NCBI GenBank assembly: GCA_963823665.1
Contig: CAWGMQ010000006.1
Location: 96,001 to 160,000, forward strand
Length of the DNA: 64,000 bases
Source of the DNA: an uncultured Planctomycetota bacterium
GTDB taxonomy: Bacteria; Planctomycetota; Planctomycetia; Isosphaerales; Isosphaeraceae
Reading direction: 5' to 3'
Part shown: in pieces, positions 10,795 to 21,707 of the stretch
How the letters are laid out: each line of letters starts with the position of its first letter
How positions within the stretch are numbered: the stretch's first letter is position 1
Notes under the pieces: model-generated
Seen by the model: only the letters and a program-made list of their open reading frames with translations
Databases searched by the model: none
What the model was told of the DNA's origin: nothing
Translations under genes and position numbers: made by a program

Positions 10795-13700
10795 ATGGAC
10801 GATCGGCGCGCCGGGAACATGTTGGGGGTAGCGCGATTGCGGGCGGGCGCGGAACTTATCGCGGGTCGACACGCGCGGATCGTGGTTCGCTCGGCTGTTA
10901 TCGGCGCGGTGGCGATGCTGATCGGGATCGTGGGGTGGCGGATTTATGAAGGGTCGCGCCGGGGCGCGTCGAGCTGGTTGCTGAAGGGGAGCCGATGGTG
11001 GGGCAGGTGCTCGATGGGGATTCGGATCTGGCGATTGGTGAGCCGTTTGATATCGCGAGTCGCGCGGTTGTGAATCTGCCGGAAGGGGATTACCGGCTCA
11101 GGGTCAACGGTGTCGGGCGGCTGGGAAGGACGTATCGGTTTGTGGTGGCGAGCGGTGAAACGCATGTGCATACGGTCTCGATCGACGAGGGGCGGTTGCT
11201 TGGTCAGGAGAGCAGCGGTCCGCCGAAGGTGCGCGGAGGGAGTGTGTCGAATGTGCCGCTTGCCTGGGCGATCGAGCTGATGCCGGGGCGGGCGGACCTG
11301 GTCGAGGCGACGGAAGCGTCGCTCATCTGCAGGGACGGTGCAACGGGAAGAGTACGATGGAGCATTTCCGGTGCCGAGAAATTGGGCGAAGGCAAGGGGG
11401 ATCTGGGGCGATGGATCTGTTCGCACGTTCAAACGGACGTGCCACATCGCGGACTGATCGAGCCCGCACCGGACTTGAATGGCGACGGGACAGGCGACCT
11501 GGTGTGGTTCGCTCGCGACTCGGCGCAGATGCGCGCGATCTCGGGCAAGGATGGGTCCAGGCTCTGGGAGTATCTCTCATTGGAAAACGGGCTTGGACGT
11601 GACGTTCGCGCTGGCGGCGAGACAATGTTCCGGCCGCTGGACACGGTCCATGCCGGTGAGCCGGCGAGGGCGGAGATGGATCTGGATCACGATGGCATTC
11701 CGGACCTGGTCGGCACGTTCATTTTCACCGCATTCGGGTCGGGCAGGCGGATCGTCGCGGGGATTTCCGGGCGATCGGGGCGACGGCTGTGGACTCATAC
11801 GACCGCCAAGACCGCGGAGGAGATTCCGTGGGACTCGCGGAGACAGGCGGCGGTGGTGGTGCGCGGCCGGCGTAGGGCGCTGGTTGCTTATTCGGACGGC
11901 ACAAACTGGGTCGGGCTCGACCCGGCGAGCGGTGAGGTGCGAGCGGGACCGATCGACCTGGGTTTTATTCCGATTCGCCCGGTTCAACATGCCGATCTGG
12001 ACGGCGATGGAGAGCTCGAGTTGCTGGCGCTCGACACGGGCGCAACGGCCGAGAAAAAAATTCTGCATGCGATCTCGATCACGACCCGTCGGGAGCTGTG
12101 GACGCAGACCGTGGATGAGGTTTACAACCAGGTGAGCCTCGTCGCGCTTCCGGATCGCCCGTGGGTGGTGGATCTTGATGGTCACGGGCGATCCGAGATC
12201 GTCATGCCGGATTCGGGGCCGATGCCGCCGCTGGCGGGTTACCGGGGCGTGCGTCTGATCGACGGCGCGACGGGCAAGACTCGCTGGAGGCGGCCGCTGC
12301 GGCCGGATACTCCGGGTAAGGACGGGCTGGTGGATCTGGCGGTCGCACCCGACCTGGACGGAGACGGCACGCGAGATCTCGTGACGGTTTCGGTATTCGA
12401 CGGCCGGAATCCGCCGGCGGCGGCGACTGGTGTGCTGCCTGAGGAGCGGCGGCTTTACGTTGATGCTCTGTCGGGAAAAGACGGGCGACCGCTTTGGGTG
12501 TGGCACCGCAATCTGGTGGTCGGGACCGCTACCCGGATCTGGACTCCGCAGTGGTGGGGGCGTGGCCGGGATGGCTGGCCGATACTGGCTGTCGCGCTGG
12601 GGGGAGGAGCGCGCGAGCAACAGTTTGCAAAATGGAGCTTCGGAGTTGCCGAGCCCGAAGTGCACGTGCTTGAGGCATCGACGGGAAGGGAGAGGCACCG
12701 TGTGCTGGGGCTGTGGCGGGCGAGCGTTGCCGATCTGAACGGGGACGGGCTTGGCGATCTGTGGGGCGCGGTTGGAGGTGAGCTGAGAGCCTTTCGTGGC
12801 GAAGCGCCGGAAGCCTGGCGCGCGCTGGGGCGCTTCTGGCCGCCGGGGTCGAACTACTCGCGGCCGAATGACGCCGGGTACGCCGCTGTTGATCTCGATG
12901 GCGACGGCATCGCCGATACGCTCAGCAGGGCGGACCGGCGCGGATTCCTGGATCGGCAGGCGAGCGGCACTCACACGGCGGTGGCACGCTCCGGGCGGGA
13001 TGGACACGTGATCTGGCGGGCGGTGCTTGACCCGTGGGATCGCGCGTGGGAGTCGACGTGCCGGGATTGGTACGACGCCCTTGCGCTGGAAACACGGGAC
13101 GGCGATCTGGATGGCGACGGCACGGCGGATGTGTTTGTGCGGAAGGTGATGTGGGAGGCGCGAAGCTCGGCGACGCGGATGCCGAAGTCGTTTCCGGTCA
13201 AGGTGCTCTCGGGGCGTACAGGAGCTGTGCTATGGTCGGCCGGGGTGTTGCCGTCGGGGTTCGAGCCGCAAGTGTATCAGGGGGGCTTCTGGGCGCAGGC
13301 GCGCGTGGTTGAGCCAGGGAGCGCGCCGGATGTTTTCTTGCGGCACTACACCACGCCGGCAGCGTCTGTTCCCGTGGTGGCCGCGGTGCGCGCGCCGGCA
13401 AGCCAAGCCTGGCACGGATCTCGGGACGCGATGGCCGCGTGCTCTGGGAGGTGAATCTCACGGATCAGGTGAAAGATTATGCGTATATGGGCATACCAGC
13501 GCTGGACTTCACGGACCTGAACGGTGATGGAGCGATTGACGGGCTGGTGCGTCTGGGGTCCAGGCACATTGAATATCCTTCGGAGGATCAGCTTCAGGCC
13601 ATCTCGCTGCGCGATGGCACGCGGCTCTGGTCCACGAGGCTGCACCAGGGGCGGTTCCTTGATGCGGAAGGGCGCGAGGGATTTGATGATGCCGAGGTGG

Positions 13701-15014
13701 GCGTCGGGGACCTGGACGGTGACGGGCGGCCCGAGGTCGCGGTCGTTGAGTACGACTCGAGTTACTCGCCGCTGAGGGCGCAAGTCCGCGCGCTGGATGG
13801 GCGTGATGGGAAATTGCGGTGGACCTGGAAGGTGGTCGGCGGCGCGCGCGGGGCGTTCCAAATCGATCGTGCTCGCGGACTTCGAAGGCAAGGGGACGAA
13901 GAGCGTTTGCGTCTGCGTGATGGTGAAGGCTGGAGCGGCGCGGATCGCGGTTCTGGACGAGCACGGCAAGGAACGCGCGAACCGAGTCGTCGCGAATGAC
14001 CAGATTCCCATTTTGAAGGCGGCTGATGTGAATGGTGATGGACGCGATGAGCTGTTCGTTTGGAACGGCGGGCAGCTTCACGCGCTGGATGGCGAGCTGA
14101 ATGAGATCTGGACGTGGGCGACGGATTCGCGGACGGTCGACCGTGTTCTCGCGCCGTCTGGGGGCCGGATGGGAGCGGTTGTTATCAAACCGGCGCTTGC
14201 TCTGGACGGAGGAACCGGGCGGCCGCGCTGGACGGGACAGGCGAGTCAGGGCGGGGGTGCGGCGAACGATTTATTTGTGCCGGAGGTGCTCGATTCGGGT
14301 GATTCCACGCGACTTCCTTTGTTGATCGCTTACGGTCATGGCGCGACGGTTTGCCGCGTGGCGATGCCGACGACTTCGGAAGGCCGGATCGCTGCGCTAG
14401 CCGGCACGCTGGTTCAGCCTGGGCGGACGGGCGACGACCCGCGGTGGATGCGGGCGCTGCCGTGGGTTGACCGGCTGGTGGGGATATTGGGACCGTGGGG
14501 TTTTCTGGCCGCGGCGGGATTGGCGGTTGTCAATGTGGGGGTGCCTGTGTTGATTGTCAGGGCGGCTCGCGGGCGGCGCAGGAGGTTTGGCATCCGGGCG
14601 CTCATGATGCTGCCGGTGGCGGCGGTCGTTCCGCTTCTGGTTTACCTGGCTTTGGTGCCGCGGCTGCCCGTGAACGCGAGTGGGTTGTTTGCGAGCGAGC
14701 CGCGCGTGTTTCTGATCGGCACGCTCGCGGGTTTGCCGATGGCGTGGGGGGTCTTGTGGGTGGTGGGGGCGCTCTTGCGCGGGCGAGTGCGGGAAATCAT
14801 CGCGATGGGCGCTTTGGGGATTGTGGCGACGCTGGCGGTGGCGGGGGCGTGGGTTTGGTTTGATCGGAAGTCGATGGCGGCGATCGAGCATTATGGGTGG
14901 GAGAGGTGGGGGTTGGTTTTTTTGCCTGGGGCGTGTGTGGCGGTCGTGTTGTGGGTTGTGGCGGGTGGAGCGGCGAGAGTGCTGCGCGGCGCGGGGGGGT
15001 CGAATGTAAATTGA
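10795..15014 (+). CDS. FG-GAP/PQQ-like beta-propeller membrane protein, array copy 4 (frameshifts ~10965, ~13400, ~13850)
   Basis: ORFs 10795..11073, 10995..13454, 13439..13999 and 13797..15014 join into a full paralog. Confidence 0.8.
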
Positions 15015-15092
15015 ACGCGTGCTTGGTTTTACATATCTTGTTCGATATCAGAGGCGAAGAGTAAGGGGCAAAGTGGAGTCGTCCGCACTCGA

Positions 15093-15126
15093 CCCCCCCT
15101 GGCCCCCCCTTCGTAAGGGGGGGAAG
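15093..15126. repeat. REP-like hairpin CCCCCCCTGGCCCCCCCTT-CGT-AAGGGGGGGAA; possible terminator between convergent genes
   Basis: 9-bp stem; second copy at 57575-57607. Confidence 0.7.
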
Positions 15127-15205
15127 GATTGGGGAACGCTCGCGGCGCGGAGATTCGCGTCCGACGGGGTAATTTTCGCGGGAATTCTCGAGTCATCCGC
15201 ACAGC

Positions 15206-16678
15206 TCAGGCGAAGAACCTGGTCAGGGCTTCGGCTTTGACTAGCTCGCGGGGTTGGTTCAGGTGGTTGTAGACGATTGTCGCCGGATCGATGCCGAAGG
15301 CGTGATAGATGGAGGCAAGGAGCTCGCCGGGGTGGACGGGATCGGATATGGGGGCTGAACCGGTTTTGTCGGACTGGCCGTGGATGTGACCGCGGCGGAT
15401 GCCGGCGCCGGCCAGGACCGCGGTGTAGCAGTACGGCCAGTGATCACGACCATCGGCGCTGTTGCCGTTGCCGGAGGTGCTCACGCCCTTTTGCGGGCTG
15501 CGGCCGAACTCGCCGACGGCGACGACGAGCGTCGAGTCGAGCATGCCGCGCTGATCCAGGTCGGTGAGCAGGCCGGAGAGGCCCTGGTCGAGCATCGGGC
15601 CGGAGCGGTCGCGCATGCGGGTGGTCAGATCGACGTGGTGGTCCCAGGAGTGGTTGTCGGAGTTGGCGACCTTGGGCCAGATGACTTCGACGACCTTGGT
15701 GCCGGCCTCGATCAGCCGGCGGGCCAGCAGGCAGCTCTGGCCGAAGGTGTTTCGACCGTAGAGGTCGCGAACGGCGGCCGGCTCGTCCTGAATCTGGAAG
15801 GCATCGCGAGCACGGCCGGAGACGATGAGGGAGAGAGCACGGTCGTAATACTCGGGGAGCTTGTACTCGGCAACGGCCTTGTCGATATCCGGCATACCGG
15901 CGTTCAAGGCGTCACGAAGCTTGGCGCGGCGCTTCAGCCGCATGGCGAAGACCTCGGGGCGGAGCTGGAGGTCGTCGATCTTGATCTTGTCCATCTTCGC
16001 CATGTCCATGTCGTCGCCATCGGGATAAAGCGTGTACGGATCGTACGCCTTGCCCAGGAAGCCGGCCGAGCCGCCCTTGCCGACGACACCGCTTTCCTGG
16101 AGAGGACGCGGGAGCATCACGAACGGCAGCATCGGCTCGGTCGACGGCTGCAATTTGATGAGCTGCGAGCCGAAGTTCGGGAAATCCTTGGGGCTGGGGG
16201 GCTCGAGCTGGCCCGAGGGACTGACCTTGTCGGTCGTGTAGCCCGTCATCATCTGATAGATCGCCGCGGTGTGGTTGAATAGACCGTTGGGCGTGTAGCT
16301 CATCGATCGCACGAAGGTGAATTTGTCGGTGATTGCCGCGAGCTTGGGCAAGACTTCGGTCACCTGGATGCCCGGGACCTTGGTCGCGATGGGCTTGAAG
16401 ACGCTCCGGACGTTATCGGGAACGTTTTCTTTCGGATCCCACAAGTCGAGATGGCTGGGCCCACCTTGTAGATAGACCATGATGATGCCTTTGGCCTTAC
16501 CCCAGCCCGGCCCGCGGTTTGCCTCACCTGCCCGCGCCGAGACTGCCTGCAGCTCGAGCATCGAGCCGAGCCCCAGACCAAGCAGGCCTGATCCGCCGAC
16601 CCGCAGAATGTCGCGCCGCGAGACCGACAGGTGGGGGTCACAAAGATCCTTCGCAGGCTGTCCGGGTACGATGATCAT
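15206..16678 (-). CDS. DUF1501 domain protein (Tat-like leader, sulfatase-like fold)
   Basis: SRRDILRVG leader plus [34 protein letters not shown] and GRDHWP motifs typical of planctomycete DUF1501 proteins. Start taken at MIIVPG within ORF 15206..17158. Confidence 0.9.
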   Translation of the reverse strand: MIIVPGQPAKDLCDPHLSVSRRDILRVGGSGLLGLGLGSMLELQAVSARAGEANRGPGWGKAKGIIMVYLQGGPSHLDLWDPKENVPDNVRSVFKPIATKVPGIQVTEVLPKLAAITDKFTFVRSMSYTPNGLFNHTAAIYQMMTGYTTDKVSPSGQLEPPSPKDFPNFGSQLIKLQPSTEPMLPFVMLPRPLQESGVVGKGGSAGFLGKAYDPYTLYPDGDDMDMAKMDKIKIDDLQLRPEVFAMRLKRRAKLRDALNAGMPDIDKAVAEYKLPEYYDRALSLIVSGRARDAFQIQDEPAAVRDLYGRNTFGQSCLLARRLIEAGTKVVEVIWPKVANSDNHSWDHHVDLTTRMRDRSGPMLDQGLSGLLTDLDQRGMLDSTLVVAVGEFGRSPQKGVSTSGNGNSADGRDHWPYCYTAVLAGAGIRRGHIHGQSDKTGSAPISDPVHPGELLASIYHAFGIDPATIVYNHLNQPRELVKAEALTRFFA

Positions 16679-17078
16679 GGGATCACTCCATGGCATTGGG
16701 GGGCAGAATAACGGGAGGGACCACCGCCCAGGTGGCTTCGTCGGAGGTATCAAACAATTATTGTATCGAGCCGGAGGGGTTTTGTCGCCCCAAAAATTCT
16801 TGAGTTTATTGAAGTTCTTGGATCGAATGCGCGACGTTGCCTGGTCGTCGACCGGCGGCTGACGAAGGGCGACAATGGGGTGGGGCCGGGAGACCTGCGC
16901 AACAGCGGCAGAGGAGAGCCCCGCGTGCGCGGCACCTGCCCCCCTGCCCGCGAGGCGAGGCGATGGCGACGGAGGCGCCGCGCGGTGCTTTCGAAGCTCG
17001 CGAATAACTGTGCGATGGCGATAGTCTATCGGGGAGGAGCGCGGGAGCGGATGAAGGACCTCGGGGCCGGGGTCGGGT

Positions 17079-20000
17079 ATGGATGGGATCGGCGGGAATA
17101 AGGGTGATCGATTGGACGAACAGGCCGAGACGGTTGAGGCGACGCTCTGGGGACGCACTGGTTCCGCGGTGTGGCGGAGGCGGAAGGGGATTGGGTATGC
17201 GATTGCGGCGATTGTGGCGGCCTTGATGGTCGGGGCGGCGTCGATCGGGGGGTGGCGATACTATACCGAGTCGCGAATCGGGCGGGTGGAACTGCTCGCG
17301 GAGGGCGAGCCGGTTGTTGCCCAGGTGCTTGATGAGTCGGGTGATCTGGCGGTAGGTGAGCCGTTTGATCTGGCGACGCGGGCGGTCGTTTCGCTGCCTG
17401 GGGGGGATTACCGGCTGCGGGTGAACGGCGTGGGGCGGATCGGGCGGACGTATCGGTTCGCGGTCAATCGGGGGGAGACGCAGGCGTACACGGTCTCGAT
17501 CGATGAGGGTCGATTGCTGGGAGGCGAACGGGCGCAGGTTTCCGGGCGCGATGCTCGTCGTCGTCGGGCGCCGATTTCGTTTGCGCACGTTCTGGCGCGC
17601 GCGAGATCTTGCCAGGGAAGCCGGACTTCATTCAATTTGACGGGAAATCCTTGGTCCGCCGTGACGGGGCGACCGGCAGTGTGATCTGGGGTGCGTTTCA
17701 TCCGGCGAAGCCGTTTGCGAGCGATCGTGATCCTGTCCGCTGGATGCGCAATGACTTCGATCCGACACCGCCCGGGGGGCTGCTGGAACAGGTGCCCGAC
17801 CTGAACGGCGACGGGGTGGGGGACCTGGTTCTGTTCAACGCCCTGTCGCCGGCTGTGCTGGCGGTTTCGGGCAAGGACGGCTCGATGCTGTGGAACTACG
17901 TGGCCGAGCTCAATGGACTGGGCGGGCCGCGGGAGTTGTGCCCGGAGGCTGTTGCGCGGGTGCGGCCGCCGGGCGAGTTCGGCGCCGGTGGATCGGCGAT
18001 GATCGATGTGGATCACGACGGCACGCTCGACATTTGCGCGACATTTGTTTTCGAAAAGGCGATTCCTGCTGCGAAAGAGGACGGGGATTCTTCCCAGACT
18101 TTCGTTCAGATGGACCTTCGGCGGCGCCGGTCGCTTGTCGTGGGGCTATCCGGGCGATCGGGGCGCCCTCTGTGGACGCATCCGGTCGAGCCGGACTTTG
18201 TCGAGGTCAAGGGCGATGACGAGGTCAGGCCGGCTGAGGTCGTGCGCGGACGGCGGTCGAGTCTGCTGGCGTTCGTGGCGCAGACGCAGTGGATGGGGCT
18301 CGACCCGGGTACGGGCCGTGTGCAGGCGGGGCCACTCGAGCTTGACTTCACGCCGGCGCGGCCGGTTGCACACGCCGACCTTGATGGGGACGGAGAACCT
18401 GAGATCGTAACGATTGAAACGGGGCCGGGCGGGAGAGATTGGACGTTGCGGGTCTGGTCGATCGGGGGCGGGCACCCGGTATGGAGCCAGACGATTGATG
18501 CCGCGTTTGACTCGTCGGACGGGTCGTCGGTGTTCGGTCACCCGTCGGACGGGACGCCGCCCTGCTGTCCGCTCGTTGCCGATCTTGATGGGGACGGGCG
18601 GTCCGAGGTTGTGGTGCCCGATGCCGGGCCGATGCCGCCGCTGGCGGGCTACCGGGGAGTGCGGCTGCTCGATGGGCGCTACGGTGCGACGCGGTGGCGG
18701 CGGGCGTTGCGGGTGGAATCCGAGCAGGAGGATGGGGTGGCGGAGATCATCGCGGCACCCGATCTCGACGGCGACGGGACGCGGGAGGTTGTGATTGTTT
18801 CGCTCCTGCTCGCCCCGGAGTCGCAGGCGCGGATCAAGCAAAGGCAACGGCCGGAGCCGGAGCGCATCTGGGTCGATGTGCTCTCGGGCAAGGACGGCCG
18901 CCCGCTGTGGTGGTGGAATGTGGATGTTCCCGATGACAACCTCAGCCGCATCTGGACGCCCTTCTGGTGGGGACGCGGGCCCGATGGATGGCCGCTGCTG
19001 GCAATTCCAGTGGGCGGGAGTGACGAACTCGGGCCCGCGTCTTCATATGGTCCTGACACGATGAATGAGGTTGTTCATTTGCTCGAAGCTTCGACCGGGC
19101 GCGAGCGGCATGCGATCAACGGGCTCAAACGAGCGAGCCTGGCAGACCTGGATGGCGACGGCCTGGACGATCTGTGGGGGGACGTGGATGGGGAGCTGCG
19201 GGCGTTTCGGGGCGAGGGGGCGGAGCTATGGCGTACTCTGGGCTCGTTTCAGCCGGCGGTGCCATCGGAGTATCGCTGGGACGCGAAGGGCTCAGCGCTC
19301 ATCGATCTGGATGGCGACGGGATTGGTGATGTGGTCAGCGCGGATCTTGAAGCGCCTTCTTTCTGGTCAGCGGATCGGAGCGGGAGCCGAACGGCACTGG
19401 CGCGGTCGGGTCGTGATGGGCATGTGATCTGGAAGACCGCGCTCGATGACTGGGAGAGCTGGCTTTTGCCCGATCGAGGGGAAACTTACACGCTGGCCGC
19501 ATTCCCGTTGCCGGCGGGCGACTTCAACGGAGACGGGACGCCGGACGTGATCGTGACGAAAGAGGAAACGGATGATGACGCCATGGCGGCGATCCAAGCG
19601 ACGACACTGCCGGTGCGGGTTCTATCGGGGCGGACGGGGGCCAGGTTGTGGGCGTCGGGTTCCTTGCCAAGAGGGGTGCGATCGCAGGACGGAATGGCCA
19701 TCATGTCGGCCGACGCGCGGATGGTCGAGCCGGGCGGAGCGCCTGACTTGATTGTTTGCCATCGGGGCTCGTACGTCGCGCCTGGCGCGATGGCACCGGG
19801 CCGGGCGGGTATCGTGAGGGAGAGATTGGCGAGGCTTTCGGGGCGCGATGGGCGGGTGATGTGGGACGTCAGCCTTTCCGAGAAGGACGGCGGAACTTCG
19901 CTCGTGGATGTCGCGCCACGCGACGACTACGACCTGGACGGCGACGGCGGAGGGGACATCGTGCTGGGGCCGTCGAGCTCGGCCAACGTCGACGAGTCTG

Positions 20001-21406
20001 ACCGCGCGGTGATTGCGATCTCCTTGCGGGATGGAAAGCGGATCTGGTCGCGGCCTCTGGAGAATTCCTTCAGCACTCGGTTTGAAATCGTGGTCGCGGC
20101 GGGCGAGGGACCGGGCCGCGGGAATGTCATTGTCCTGGACGAGCTGGACGGGGGCGACCGGTTGGACTTGCGTGTGCGTGCGTTCGATACACAGAGCGGA
20201 GAGCCAGGCTGGAGCACGAAGCCGAGCGCGCTGCGGGCGAGCAGGCCGAGCAACGCGGCGATGGTGTTGGCCGATTTCGGTGGGAACAAGAATCCGTTCG
20301 TTTGCGTGTGCTTCTCGGTGCCGGGCGGAACTCGGCGGATTGTGGTGCTGGGGCCGAGCGGCGAAGAACTCGCGCGACGCGAATGGAAGTGGAAGGGAAA
20401 TGACGGGGGCGGGCTCTTCGCGGCGGACATGAACGGCGATGGCCGCGACGAGCTGGTGGCGTGGGGTGGGGGCCGGCTTCAAATCTTGGACCGTGAGCTG
20501 AAGGATGTGTGGGCGCGCGAGATTGAACCCGTCACGATGGTTCTCGATCTGAAGGGCCGAGTCGGACGCGGGCGCGAGGTGATGATTTCGCCGGCGCTTG
20601 GGCTTGACGCGGCGACCGGGCGGCCGAAGTGGACCGGGCCGGCGCCGCTCGTGGCTCGTCAATTTGTGCCGTATCTGCTCGATCCGGGTGATTCGACGCG
20701 GGGGCCTCGTTTGATCGCGAACAGCCTGAACGCGACGGTTTGCCGGATGGCGATGGAGACGAGTTTGGATGGCAGAATTGCGGAGCCGCGGGGGAGGGTT
20801 GTGAAGGCTGGGAACGCGGCGGATGACCCGCGCTGGAGACGACCGCTGCCGTGGGTGACGGGGCTCACGGGGGCGTTTGGTCCGTGGGGGTTATTGACGG
20901 CCATGGGGCTTGCGGTTGTGTCTGTGTATATGCCGATTTTGGTTATTCGGCTGGCTCGTGGGCGGAGGCGGAAATACACGATCCGGGCGCTCATGAGTGC
21001 GCCCGTCGCGGCGGCGATTCCGCTGCTGGTTTATCTGACGGTCGTGGCGCGGCTGCCTCGTCTGAGTGAGAGCCCGCTGCTGGCGACGGATGGGAGAGTG
21101 TTTGTGACTGGGACGCTCGTGGGGGTGCCGATTGTGGCTTGCGTGATGTGGATCGGGGTGAGTGTGGTGCGGCGGCGGTGGTGGTTGGTTGGGTTGATTG
21201 GGGTTGGTGTGATCGCGACGATCTTGGTTGCGGGAGGGTGGATGTGGGTGGATCGGAAGGCGATGGCGGTGGGCTTCGAGCATTATGAGTGGGACAGGTG
21301 GGGGTTGGTGGTGATGGCGGGGGGGTATGCGGCGGCGGTGATTTGGATGGTGGGGGTTGGGGTTTATGGTTGGGTTCGGAGGTTGAACAGAAGGGAACGA
21401 AGATAA
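17079..21406 (+). CDS. FG-GAP/PQQ-like beta-propeller membrane protein, array copy 5 (frameshift ~17600)
   Basis: ORFs 17079..17684 and 17609..21406 contain the same conserved blocks ([32 protein letters not shown]). Confidence 0.85.
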
Positions 21407-21411
21407 CGAAG
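21383..21411 (+). repeat. Purine-rich 29-nt repeat overlapping the copy 5 stop codon
   Basis: TTGAACAGAAGGGAACGAAGATAACGAAG encodes LNRRERR*. Confidence 0.85.
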
Positions 21412-21475
21412 GGGGCGAGAGGGCAGCGGCATTCGTCGGTGAAGAGTTTTCTTTGGTGCGGGCTTTGACGTGTTG

Positions 21476-21540
21476 GGAGTAAGGGTGAAGGTAAGAGTTG
21501 GATCAGGTTTGAGATTGAGATTAAGATTAAGATTAAGATG
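21476..21540 (+). repeat. Degenerate hexamer tract ending (GAGATT)2(AAGATT)2AAGATG
   Basis: Read directly between copies 5 and 6. Confidence 0.8.
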
Positions 21541-21607
21541 TCGGAATAAGATCATGGTACGCTGATCGGGGATTCGGTCGGTGGTTGGGCGGGTGTGGGA
21601 CGGGGGG

Positions 21608-21676
21608 ATCGGGCTGACGGCCGAGGTTGGAGGACTTGCGTCCCGTCCGAACCACGCACTGACGGGCGTGGTCGTG
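21608..21676 (+). promoter_or_regulatory. Conserved 69-nt upstream element, copy B
   Basis: Near-identical to 10674-10742. Confidence 0.5.
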
Positions 21677-21707
21677 TGGTTCGAGGCGGCGGGGGTTCCT
21701 TTTCGAG

